Of a stretch of DNA of 64,000 nucleotides, positions 10,080-20,426 are shown one piece after another (position 1 is the stretch's first letter; every line of letters starts with the position of its first letter). Both the position numbers and the translations under genes were made by a program. The stretch comes from an uncultured delta proteobacterium (GTDB lineage: Bacteria; Desulfobacterota; Desulfomonilia; UBA1062): positions 1-64,000 of the forward strand of contig CAVVYZ010000002.1 in assembly GCA_963752595.1 (NCBI GenBank), written 5' to 3'. The notes under the pieces are model-generated. The model had not been told where the DNA came from and searched no databases. It saw only the letters and a list, made by a program, of their open reading frames with translations.

Positions 10080-10520
10080 TCGCTTTTCTCCTCTTATTTT
10101 TTCTGCAGCAGGCCTTTCCCGCCTGCAGCCTCTACCGGCCGCTGTCGAGTTCGCCACAACGGGTGACGGTAATACCGTAGTCTACACCGGGGGCATTGCA
10201 AAGAACTGTCCGAGCCGGAAGGGATTGTTGCCATGCATGCCTGCAATACCGGCAGATAAAGTGCTCTTCCTTCACCTCTATGTTGCCTCCCTCTATCTTA
10301 AGGGCCTTGCCGAATATGATGGCCTCGTAGCGATCTTCCGGGGAGCCGGTTAGGAGTTTGCAAAGGTCTGCCTGCAGATATCATAGCCGGTCTTAATCCC
10401 ATAGCTTGCTGCGGTTAATATAAGGGTCAGCAAGAGGGATCTCCCGGGGATGGTATGCAGGGCCCCGATAAGGTCTTTGAAATGGTATTCACGTAGATTC
10501 GATATAGAGCGCCCAGAGTG
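10080..10520 (-). pseudogene. DUF134-family DNA-binding protein remnant
   Basis: RQTFAN, EAIIFGKALKIE, GGNIEV and FICRYCRHAW fragments in different frames; ends approximate. Confidence 0.55.
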
Positions 10521-10748
10521 CAATAATGAAAAGAGATTATCCCAAGAGCCGGGGAAAAATATTTGGCTAAGAGCACTTCGAACCTCTTGTCCCGATGTCG
10601 AGGATGGCTATGAGATTGATGAAAAGGATAAATCATCTAATATGCCTCTAAACGTTATGAAGAATAATAAAAGCCTAACCTTATATTAGCAGTAAAATGA
10701 TTGAATTGTAGTGCGTTCATCATTATTCTATCCAAAGGAGGTGATATC

Positions 10749-11210
10749 ATGGCACGATTGAAAAAGGGCGATAGAGCACCTGATTTCGAGCTTACTGATC
10801 AGAACGGCGTAATGGTAAGCCTCGTGGATTACCGAGGGGGGAAAGTGCTCCTGTACTTTTACCCAAAGGCAATGACTTCCGGATGCACGCTCCAGTCGGA
10901 ATCGGTGAGGGATGCCCGGCAAGACCTTGCAGCACTCGGAGTCGTTTCCCTGGGCGTCAGTCCCGACGAGATCCGGACCCAGAAAAAATTCGATGATAAA
11001 TACGATCTGGGGTTCCCTCTGCTCTCGGATCCCGACCATGTCGTGGCCGAGGCATACGGCGTCTGGGGCGAGAAGAACATAGGCGGCAAGAAAACCGAAG
11101 TGATCATCCGTTCGTCGTTCCTTATCGATGAGGAAGGGAAGATTATCGAGTCCTGGTACGATGTGAAGCCGGAAGATACGGTACCTAACGCCCTGAATAT
11201 ATTAAAGTGA
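10749..11210 (+). CDS. bcp: Peroxiredoxin, BCP/PrxQ family
   Basis: GDRAPDFEL, YFYPKAMTSGCT (peroxidatic Cys), GVSPD, FPLLSD and RSSFLIDEEGKI motifs; AAGGAGG SD. Confidence 0.92.
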   Translation: MARLKKGDRAPDFELTDQNGVMVSLVDYRGGKVLLYFYPKAMTSGCTLQSESVRDARQDLAALGVVSLGVSPDEIRTQKKFDDKYDLGFPLLSDPDHVVAEAYGVWGEKNIGGKKTEVIIRSSFLIDEEGKIIESWYDVKPEDTVPNALNILK

Positions 11211-11250
11211 CAGCTTATGCTTCCTCGTTCCATGGATGCCCGGCAGTCGT

Positions 11251-11293
11251 TTCAATCAGATGATTCCCCTTAAGCTTGCTTAGGGGTACTTCA
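11251..11293. repeat. Dispersed ~44-bp hairpin repeat, copy 1 (REP-like)
   Basis: TTCAATCAGATGATTCCCCTTAAGCTTGCTTAGGGGTACTTCA; aligns to 53464-53507 at 38 of 44 columns. Confidence 0.75.
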
Positions 11294-11367
11294 TTGATGA
11301 ACAATGAGCGGCGGGCCGGGGTCTGGAGTGCAGCCGGGACGCTCCTGGGATGATATGGAGCTGATAG

Positions 11368-12507
11368 TTAATACATCTCGTATTTCACGAGCCTGCCGTC
11401 GAGGGGGCCGTTTTTGAGCGGCCGCTTCCATGAAGGATGCAGGCCGACTGATTTGATGAGGCTCCTGTCGCCGAAATAGAGATATGCATCCGATCCCCGG
11501 CAGCTGTTCTTTAGGAAGTCTCCGAATTCCCTGATGAAAGATTTTATGTCATTCTGCCGGCTCATGCGTATCCCGTATGGGGGGTTGCATATGATAGTAA
11601 CACCTTCGAGCCGTTTGATATCCTGATACATGAGGGTCTTCAGGATAACGCGGTCGCCTCCCCGGAGACGGCCGGCATTGGATTTTGCAGCTGCAACGGC
11701 CAGCGATGAGGAGTCGCTTCCCGTAATGAGCCTGTCGGGCAGGTTCCTGATTTTTCCGTCTTCCTGCTTCCTGATTTTATCCCAGAGCGGGCGCTCGAAA
11801 TCGGGGAGGTATTCAAAGCCGAACGATTTTCTCAAATAACCGGACGGGATCCTGCAGTAGTGCATGAGCGCTTCACAGAGCAGCGTTCCGGACCCGCACA
11901 TGGGGTCGTAGAGCGGCTTCGATCCGTCCCAGCCGCTCAAGCGGATAATGGACGCGGCCAGGGTTTCCTGCATAGGTGCGTCTACGGACTCCTTCCTGTA
12001 GCCCCTCCTGTGCAGCGAACCGCCCGACGTATCCAGGTAGATGGTTGCCTTGTTGTTGAAGATGTGCAGGTTGAAAACGACGTCCGGCTTGATCCTCTCC
12101 ACATCGGGCCTTCTGGTGAACCATTCCGAGAATGTGTCTACGATTGCATCCTTGAGGATCAGGGCAGCGTACTGGGAATGACGGATCTTGCTGTGGGAAA
12201 CATTGGACATGACCATGAACGTTTCATCGAGGCCGAAGAGTTCATTCCAGGGAATGCAGCGGCCCATTTTATAGAGGTATTTCGTACTGTGGCAGTCAAA
12301 GGTGATCAACGGTGCAAGCACCCTGGTTACCAGGCGGGAAGAATAATTGATGCGGTAGAGGGTAGCCTTGTCGGCGGTAAAGTAGAGGCCCCGGAATGTA
12401 GGTTGGACGTCTTGAGCCCCGAGCTCGGTGAGCTCCTCAATGCCGAGATCCTCTATCCCGTCGGATATCTGTGCAAAAAACCGGTTGTTCTTGAGATAGC
12501 TGAACAT
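11368..12507 (-). CDS. THUMP-domain RNA methyltransferase (RlmL-like, 23S rRNA m2G)
   Basis: DTSGGSLHRRGYR, APMQETLAA, DPMCGSGT and CNPPYG motifs; alternative GTG start at 12537. Confidence 0.9.
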   Translation of the reverse strand: MFSYLKNNRFFAQISDGIEDLGIEELTELGAQDVQPTFRGLYFTADKATLYRINYSSRLVTRVLAPLITFDCHSTKYLYKMGRCIPWNELFGLDETFMVMSNVSHSKIRHSQYAALILKDAIVDTFSEWFTRRPDVERIKPDVVFNLHIFNNKATIYLDTSGGSLHRRGYRKESVDAPMQETLAASIIRLSGWDGSKPLYDPMCGSGTLLCEALMHYCRIPSGYLRKSFGFEYLPDFERPLWDKIRKQEDGKIRNLPDRLITGSDSSSLAVAAAKSNAGRLRGGDRVILKTLMYQDIKRLEGVTIICNPPYGIRMSRQNDIKSFIREFGDFLKNSCRGSDAYLYFGDRSLIKSVGLHPSWKRPLKNGPLDGRLVKYEMY

Positions 12508-12833
12508 CGTAAAGGCCTTCCCCCTATTGTCATTCACGCATGGTGATATAGGAATCCATACCCCGTGTAAAGAAGTGCATGGAAAAATTGCCCGATCACC
12601 TTCTACAGCATGCCGGGCTCCCGCATAACAGGCTTTTTCATCCGGGTCTGCAACCGGATGCCGCCTTGTCCGGCTGAATGGCGGATATATTATTAATAAT
12701 AAGTTTATTTCCTTTTGGGCGCAATTTTTAAGCCGTTTGTCCCGGACTTAAAGATGCTTCTTAAAGACCTCAGGCAGGGTGCTAACCTGCTGTAAGGTTG
12801 GTTTTAAACTTAATAACTCAGGGAGAAGAGACT

Positions 12834-15266
12834 ATGGGAGAAGCCGTAACGCTAGACAAGCTCACATGCAGGTGTGATCCGGAAATCTTCGGGTGCGAAC
12901 AAAGCAGGGATGCAAATGCCCTCGTGAGCATTCTCGGACAGGCGAAAGCACTCAAGGCACTGCAATTCGGCCTGGATATAAAAGAGAAGGGATTCAATAT
13001 TTATGTGTCCGGTTTGCCCGGAACGGGAAAGAAGACAGCGGTAAAGCGCTATCTCGAAGAGATATCCAGGGATAAACCCACGCCGCCGGACTGGTGCTAT
13101 GTGAACAATTTCCAGGAGAACTATAAGCCGAAGGCCATCTCGCTGCCTGCAGGCAGGGCAAGAAAATTCAAGAAGCAGGTGGACGCCTTTGTAGAGGCAG
13201 CACGCCGCGAGATCAGCAAGGCCTTTGAAAGCGAGGATTACGCCAATAAGCGGAACAATACCATCAGACAGGTTCAGAAGGAAAGGGACGATCTGGTGAC
13301 CAGGATCAACGAAGAGGCCCAGAAGGAGGGATTCGTCATCCAGGCCACTCCCATGGGGCTCCTTACCATCCCTGTCAAGGATAACAGGCCGCTCACGGAA
13401 GAAGAGTTCAGGGTACTGGATAAGGATACCCAGGAGTCCATTACGGAAAAACAGAGAGTCCTGAACGAAGAGATGAAAAAGATCGGCCGGCAGATGATCT
13501 CCATCGAGAAAAAAACCATGGAGATGATCGACAAGCTCGACCGGGAGATCGGCGACTTTACCCTCAACCTCCTCCTGGAAGACTTGAGGGAAAGCTTCCA
13601 GGACATCCCGGAGGTGATGCATTATCTCAATGAAATGAGTGAAGATCTGCTGGATAATCTTGCCATGTTCAGGTCGGACGAGCAGAAAGCTGCAGGCATG
13701 GCAGAGATGCAGATGCAGATGCAGATGCCCATGCCCGCTGCTCAGAGGGACGACCTGAAGTTCAGGAAATACCGGGTCAATGTAGTGGTGGACAACACTG
13801 ACCTTTCCGGCGCTCCTATAATCATGGAGCTTAACCCTTCCTACAACACACTCTTCGGCAGGATCGAAAAGGAAGCAATGATGGGCGCCCTGTTCACGGA
13901 CTTCACCATGGTCAGGGCCGGGTCGGTGCACCGGGCAAACGGCGGATACCTGATACTTCCCGTCTACGATGTGCTCAGGAACATCCTTTCCTGGGACAGC
14001 CTGAAGCGGGCCATCCGGAACAAGGAGATCCATATCGAGGAAGCTGAAGAGCGGCTGGGTTTCATGACCACCAGGTGGCTCGTGCCCGAGCCGATCCCTT
14101 GGGATATCAAGGTCGTTCTTATCGGAGACCCGTATCTCTATTACCGCCTCTATGATCTTGACCCTGATTTCCGCGACCTCTTCAAGGTGAAAGCAGACTT
14201 TGACAGGGTCATGGACCGCACAGAAGACAACATGAAGAGCTTCTCATCCTTTATATGCAATATCTGCACGGAAGAGAATCTCATGCACTTCGACAAGAGC
14301 GCCATTGCCAAGGTGGTGGAATACAGCAGCAGGCTTGCCGAAAATCAGGAAAAGCTTTCAGCGCAGTTTGGAGACATCGCCAACATCGTACGCGAGGCGA
14401 GCTTCTATGCTGCCGGACAGAAGTCGCCCCTGGTGAAGGTCGATCATGTGAAGCTTGCCATCGAGGAGAAATTCAATCGTTCCAGCATGCTTCTGGAAAA
14501 GATCCGCGAGATGATCGACAAGGGCGTTATCATGATCGATGTAATAGGGGATGCGGTAGGCCAGGTGAATGGCCTTTCGGTCATGGACATGGGCGATATC
14601 ATGTTCGGGAGGCCCACCCGGATAACCGCGAGCATCGGTCTCGGCAGGGAAGGACTCGTAGATATCGACCGCGAGGCAAAGCTCGGAGGGCCCATCCATA
14701 CCAAGGGCGTCCTCATCCTCTCGGGATATCTTTCCCATCAATATGCCCAGGACAAGCCCTTGAGCCTGTCCGCCAGACTCGTGTTCGAGCAGAGCTACTC
14801 GGGAGTCGAAGGCGATTCGGCATCCTCTGCAGAGCTCTATGCCATCCTTTCAGGCCTTTCGGGCGTGCCTATCAAACAGGGTATTGCGGTCACCGGCTCG
14901 GTAAACCAAAAAGGCGAAGTCCAGGCTATCGGGGGTGTGAACGAGAAGATCGAAGGATACTATGGGGTGTGCAAGGTCAAGGGCCTGACCGGCGAGCAGG
15001 GGGTGATGATTCCTGCAAGCAATGTCCATAATCTGGTGCTCAAAGACGAGGTGGTTGAAGCCGTGAAAGATGGTAAGTTCCACATCTGGAGCGTGGGCCA
15101 TATCAATGAAGGCATCGAGATCCTCACCGGCAGAAAGGCCGGCGTCCGGGACAGCAGAGGCCTCTTTGAAGATGGAACCATCAACAGCCTCGTGGATGGC
15201 CAGCTCCGTACCTTCTCCGAGATGTGGATGAACTTTTCCAGCGGGGGTCCCGAGAAAATCACCTGA
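12834..15266 (+). CDS. Lon-family (LonC/LonB-like) ATP-dependent protease with AAA_32-type domain
   Basis: GLPGTGK, GSVHRANGGYL, GQVNGLSV, FEQSYSGVEGDSAS (catalytic Ser) and GGVNEKIEG (catalytic Lys) motifs. Confidence 0.92.
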   Translation: MGEAVTLDKLTCRCDPEIFGCEQSRDANALVSILGQAKALKALQFGLDIKEKGFNIYVSGLPGTGKKTAVKRYLEEISRDKPTPPDWCYVNNFQENYKPKAISLPAGRARKFKKQVDAFVEAARREISKAFESEDYANKRNNTIRQVQKERDDLVTRINEEAQKEGFVIQATPMGLLTIPVKDNRPLTEEEFRVLDKDTQESITEKQRVLNEEMKKIGRQMISIEKKTMEMIDKLDREIGDFTLNLLLEDLRESFQDIPEVMHYLNEMSEDLLDNLAMFRSDEQKAAGMAEMQMQMQMPMPAAQRDDLKFRKYRVNVVVDNTDLSGAPIIMELNPSYNTLFGRIEKEAMMGALFTDFTMVRAGSVHRANGGYLILPVYDVLRNILSWDSLKRAIRNKEIHIEEAEERLGFMTTRWLVPEPIPWDIKVVLIGDPYLYYRLYDLDPDFRDLFKVKADFDRVMDRTEDNMKSFSSFICNICTEENLMHFDKSAIAKVVEYSSRLAENQEKLSAQFGDIANIVREASFYAAGQKSPLVKVDHVKLAIEEKFNRSSMLLEKIREMIDKGVIMIDVIGDAVGQVNGLSVMDMGDIMFGRPTRITASIGLGREGLVDIDREAKLGGPIHTKGVLILSGYLSHQYAQDKPLSLSARLVFEQSYSGVEGDSASSAELYAILSGLSGVPIKQGIAVTGSVNQKGEVQAIGGVNEKIEGYYGVCKVKGLTGEQGVMIPASNVHNLVLKDEVVEAVKDGKFHIWSVGHINEGIEILTGRKAGVRDSRGLFEDGTINSLVDGQLRTFSEMWMNFSSGGPEKIT

Positions 15267-15380
15267 GTGAGGAGAGTTCCTCTGTTTTCTCCGGCTTTTT
15301 CTTGACACATATAATGTTGTACAGCTATGTGCTATATAAGTGATTGGTATTGAACGAAAATAATTTTTCGGAGTGGTGCT

Positions 15381-15923
15381 ATGAGATCGTATGTCGTTTT
15401 TTCATCCATGGGGCCTGACCGCCCCGGTCTGGCAAAGGAGATTTCGGAATTTTTTACTGCGCGGGGCATCAACATCGAGCGCTCCCGCGGCTGCGTGCTG
15501 GGCAACGAGTTCGGCATGATCATCCTCACCTCGGGCAAGACCGATGACATCGAGCGGCTCATCGGCGACCTGGACAGCCTCCGCCAGAAGACCGGCCTCG
15601 ATATCCACGTGCGGAAGACCAAGGCGCCCAGCCACCGGGAGGTGCTGCCGTCGATCCCCTACAAGCTCATCGCGACGTCCATCGACCACCCGGGCATCGT
15701 CCACCAGATCTGCAAGGTCCTGCATCACGAAGGGCATCAACATCGATGACATATCGACCAACGTGGATCATCAATCCCTGTCACCGGGGCCAATGTCTTC
15801 CAGATGGTCTGCTATTTCTCGCTGCCGCCGGCGGTCAAGATCATCGATCTGAAAAACGAATTTTCCCGCATCAGCGACGAATACAACATCGACATCCGGT
15901 TCGATGCGGTGATCAGCAAGTAA
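15381..15923 (+). CDS. Tandem ACT-domain protein, GcvR-like (frameshifted)
   Basis: Two ACT motifs, GPDRPGL...GINIE and SIDHPGIV...GINIDD; indels near 15730-15790; stop 4 nt before the fhs start. Confidence 0.8.
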
Positions 15924-15927
15924 GACT

Positions 15928-17610
15928 ATGGCCAAGACAAAGAAGCAACACGAACGATCCGGGCATGCGGCCGATCGTCGGAAATCGCCGCATCGATCGG
16001 CCTTGACGAAGACGACCTGGAATTTTACGGCCGCTACAAGGCCAAGGTCAGGCTCGAGTGCGATCAGGAGGTTCGAGCGCCGGCCGAACGCCTCCCTGAT
16101 CCTCGTGTCCGCCATGACCCCCACCCCTGCGGGGGAGGGGAAGACCACCGTATCCATCGGTCTCGCCCAGGCCCTTGCCCGACTCGGTAAAAGTCGTCGT
16201 TGCCGCCCTGCGCGAGCCGTCCCTGGGCCCGGTCTTCGGCATCAAGGGCGGCGCCACGGGCGGCGGATGCTCCCGCGTCATCCCCATGGAGGACATCAAT
16301 CTCCACTTCACCAACGACTTTCCCGCGGTGGAGAGCGCCCACAACCTCCTGTCCGCGCTGATCGACAACACCATCTTCCACGGCAATCCCCTGAACATCG
16401 ACCCGCGCAAGATCACCTGGCGCCGGGTCATGGACATGAACGACCGGTATTCTCCGGGACATCGTCATCGGCCTCGGCGGCTCGCTCAACGGCGTGCCCC
16501 GGGAGACCGGGTTCGACATCGTTCCGTCCAGCGAGATCATGGCGATCCTCTGCCTCTCCCGCTCCTACACAGAGTTGAAGGAAAAGATCCGGAAGATCCT
16601 CGTCGGCTTCACCTACGACGACAAGCCGGTCATGGCCGGCGACCTGAAGGTGGAAGGCGCGGTGACGGCCCTTCTGAAATACGCCCTGCTGCCCAACCTG
16701 GTCCAGACCACGGAGGGCGTGCCGGCCATCATCCACGGCGGGCCCTTCGCGAACATCGCCCAGGGGACCAACAGCATCATGGCGACGGACCTGGCGCTCC
16801 GCCTGGCCGATTACGTGGTGACCGAGGCGGGTTTCGGCTTCGACCTGGGGGCGGAGAAATTCTTCGACATCGTCGCGCCGCTACGGCGATCTGAATCCCA
16901 AGCGTGGTCGTCCTGGTGGCGACGGTCCGCGCCCTGAAATACCACGCGGGCGTGGCCCGCGAGGACCTGAATACGCCGAACCCGCGCCTGGCTGTGCTCG
17001 GCATGGCGAATCTGCGCAAGCACTACGAGAACATCGAGAAGTTCGGCGTCCCCTGCATCATCGCCCTGAACCGATTCCCGTCCGATACGGACGAAGAGAT
17101 CACGGCGGTCATCGAGGCTGCCGAGGACGAGGGGATGAACATCGCCCCGGCGGATATCTTCAGCCGCGGCGGCGAGGGCGGCCTGGAGCTGGCGGAAAAG
17201 ACGGTCGGAGCTCTGCCGATGCTGCAACCGGCCATTACCGGCCCCTCTACGACTGGAACCAGCCCGTGGAGGACAAGATCTTCACGGTGGCGAGCGAGAT
17301 CTACGGCGCCGTATCCGTCGATTACCAGCCCCTGGCAAAGCGAAACCTCGATCTTATCAAGAAGTTCGGCTACGACAAGCTCCCGGTCTGCATCGCCAAG
17401 ACCCAGCAGTCCCTGTCGGACAACCCGTCGCTGCTCGGGCTGCCCAGCGACTTCATCGTCACGGTCCGGGAGATCAAGATCGCCTCCGGCGCCGGTTTCC
17501 TGATCCCCATCACCGGCGAGATCCTGCGAATGCCCGGTCTCTCAAAGGTTCCGGCGGCATACAACATCGACATCGACGACGACGGAAACATCACCGGCAT
17601 CAGCGGTTGA
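15928..17610 (+). CDS. fhs: Formate-tetrahydrofolate ligase (several frameshifts)
   Basis: [62 protein letters not shown] and MPGL motifs. Confidence 0.93.
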
Positions 17611-17687
17611 CCTGTCCCTGATTATCTTGTAGGAACGGCTTGAAGTCACAATAATGCCATGAGAATCAAAGCGCATAGAGGACACCC

Positions 17688-18455
17688 ATGAAAATAGCAG
17701 TGACAGGCAAAGGCGGGGTAGGCAAGTCCACGATCGCGGCCGCCCTGGCTTTATTGACCGCCCGTAAGGGATCGAAGGTCCTGGCTATCGACGCCGATCC
17801 TGATGCCAACCTGGCCTCGGCCCTGGGCATTCCCCTGGCAGACCAGAAGCAGATCGTCACGATCGCGAAGCATAAAAAGCTCATCGAAGAGCGGACTGGG
17901 GCCAAGGTCCAGGAGTACGGCCAGATTTTCAAGCTCAACCCGGAAGTCTCGGATATCGCCGACTCGTACAGTTATCACCACCAGGGTGTAGACCTCCTGG
18001 TGCTCGGCGCTGTCCAGGGCGGCGGCACCGGGTGCGCCTGCCCGGAGAACGTGCTTCTGCGCGCCCTGGTCCAGGATCTCGTCCTGCACCGCGGCGAGGT
18101 GCTGTTCATGGACATGGAGCCTGGTATCGAGCACATCGGCCGGGCCACTGCCCGGGGCGTCACATCGTTCATCATCGTGGTCGAGCCGGGCCAGCGCTCC
18201 ATCGAATCCTACAAGCGCATCTCCGGCATGTCCGCCGAGATCGGCATTAAAAACCTCTTCGTCATCGGGAACAAGATCAGATCGAAAGACGATGAAGACC
18301 TGATCCTGCACGAAGCGGGCAGTGGTCAAGTCATCGGCCTCATCCCGTACTCCGAAACCTTCCTTGCCAACGACCGCGACGGGAAGTCGGCAATTGACAA
18401 TCTTGATGATAATCTGCTAGGGCTTTTCGAGGACATGGTCCAAAAACTGTTATAA
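17688..18455 (+). CDS. cooC: CooC-type nickel-insertion ATPase
   Basis: Intact 255-aa ORF; GKGGVGKS, DADPDANL, GCAC metal motif, DMEPGIEH.GR. Confidence 0.9.
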   Translation: MKIAVTGKGGVGKSTIAAALALLTARKGSKVLAIDADPDANLASALGIPLADQKQIVTIAKHKKLIEERTGAKVQEYGQIFKLNPEVSDIADSYSYHHQGVDLLVLGAVQGGGTGCACPENVLLRALVQDLVLHRGEVLFMDMEPGIEHIGRATARGVTSFIIVVEPGQRSIESYKRISGMSAEIGIKNLFVIGNKIRSKDDEDLILHEAGSGQVIGLIPYSETFLANDRDGKSAIDNLDDNLLGLFEDMVQKLL

Positions 18456-18496
18456 AAGTCGGACTTGTACTGTGGTCCTTCGAACGAGAAACCATC

Positions 18497-19590
18497 ATGC
18501 AGATCAAGACAAAGTGCATTGCAACGGCCATCGGAAGCTTTCCCTATAACGGCAGCGCCCAAGCCCTCGACATCATCTTCGACTCGATGCCGGATGCTCC
18601 CGTGTGGCCGCAGCTGCCCAAGCTGGGCCTGAACGAGCAGATGGAGATCCAGTATTCCGAGGGCATGCCCCGCGCGGTTATCGAGAAGGACAAGGGCACG
18701 GATGTATTTCGACACCACCGGCGATTACTCCGAGGAGTTCGCCCAGTTCTACGAGGCCTACATGGCTGCCATGGACCCGGCCGAAGGGAACGGCGACTGC
18801 TCGGCCATGGCCATCACCAGCGATTTCTCCAAGGGGCTCTATGCCTTTGAAGAGCGGCTGAAGTCGCGCGGGCGGAAGCTGCCCTTCGTCAAGGTCCAGA
18901 CCACCGGGCCCGTGCTCGTTCGCCCTGACCATCGTGGACGAGAACAAGCGGGCCATCTACTACAACGAAGAGTTCCGCGACGTCGTGGTCAAGGCCCTGG
19001 CCATGAAGTGCCGCTGGCAGATCCAGAAGTTCAAGCCCTACGCCGATAAGATCATCTGCTTCATCGACGAGCCGATCCTCTCGGCCTTCGGGTCCTCGAC
19101 CTATGTTTCGGTGAAGCGCGAGGACGTGGTGGCGCTCATCGGTGAGGTCGTCGAGGCCGTCCACGCCGAGGGCGCCATGGCCGGCGTCCACTGCTGCGGC
19201 AACACCGACTGGTCCATCCTCATCGATGCCGGCGTGGACATCATCAACTTCGACGCCTTCGAGCTACGGCGAAACTATCGCCCTGTATCCGGAGGCGGTG
19301 AGCAGGTTTATCACCGGCGGCGGGCTGCATCGCCTGGGGCATCGTGCCGACCTCGCGGCCATCCGCGAGCAGACGGTCTGATCTCTGGCCTCGCCGCTTC
19401 GACAGGCTGGTGGACAACCTGGCGCACAAAGGCGGGCATCGAACAGGACGCTCATCCTGAATCAGTCGCTCATCACCCCCTCGTGCGGCACCGGCTCCAT
19501 GGATGTAGAGCGATGCGGAGAGGGTGTTCGACATGCGCTCCGAGACCTCTCCGTACACCTGCATGAAACGCTGACGCAGCATGCGTGATG
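18497..19590 (+). CDS. mesB: Core (folate-independent) methionine synthase, MesB-like (frameshifted)
   Basis: ATAIGSFP, WPQLP, KVQTTGP, FIDEP, Zn-ligand motifs GVHCCGNTDW and LITPSCGTGS, IAWGIVP; ~360 codons with only the catalytic barrel; end approximate. Confidence 0.7.
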
Positions 19591-19601
19591 TAACAACGGC
19601 C

Positions 19602-20404
19602 ATGACTGACCAGGTATACCATCGCGATCACGGGCAAGGGCGGGGCCGGCAAGACGACCATCGCGGCCGCTCATCGTCGCCGGCCTCATCAGGCGGGGCA
19701 CGCGCCCGTGCTGGCCGTGGACGCCGACCCCAACTCCTGCCTCGACCGGCCCTCGGGCGTGCAGGCACCGAACACCGTGGGCCGGATCCGCGAGGAGAGC
19801 CGGGACGCTGGTGCAGGCCAGGCAAACGCGGCATCTGCCAAGCGGGAGCTCCTCGAGATGAAGATCGCCGAGAGCCTGGTGGAGGCCGACGACTTCGACC
19901 TCATCGCCATGGGGCGTCCCGAAGGACCGGGCTGCTACTGCTACGCCAACAACGTCTTCGAGCGACGTCATCAGGCAGCTCGCCGAGAAGCTATCCCTTG
20001 CGTGGTGATCGACAACGAGGCGGGGCTGGAGAACCTGTCGCGGCGAATCGTCCGGAAGTGGACCTGCTGATCATGGTCGGCGACCCCTCGAAGCGCGGGC
20101 CTCGAGACCATCCGGCGGCTGCCACTGTCCTTGCAACGGGAGATGGAGATCGAGTACGACCAGGCTGGCAGTGGTGGTCAACCTGCGTCAGGGAACGGAC
20201 CTCGCAGCGATTGCAGGCTTGCCTGACGATCGGCTCGAAGATGATCGGGGCCGATGCCTCCTCGTGCCTGCCTTTCGACGACCCGATGCTCGGCCGATTG
20301 GCGGCGAGAAGAGGGGCAGGAGCACTGCCGCGCTTGCTCGGATGATCCAACCCGGTGATATCGGCGCGGATTTCGATGCTTTCATATCGCAGACTGAATT
20401 CTGA
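19602..20404 (+). CDS. cooC: Second CooC/AcsF-type maturation ATPase (frameshifted)
   Basis: IAITGKGGAGKTT, LAVDADPNS, MGRPEGPGCYCYAN and IDNEAGLENLSRR motifs. Confidence 0.85.
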
Positions 20405-20426
20405 GCAGGAGAACGCATCTCGTGGA

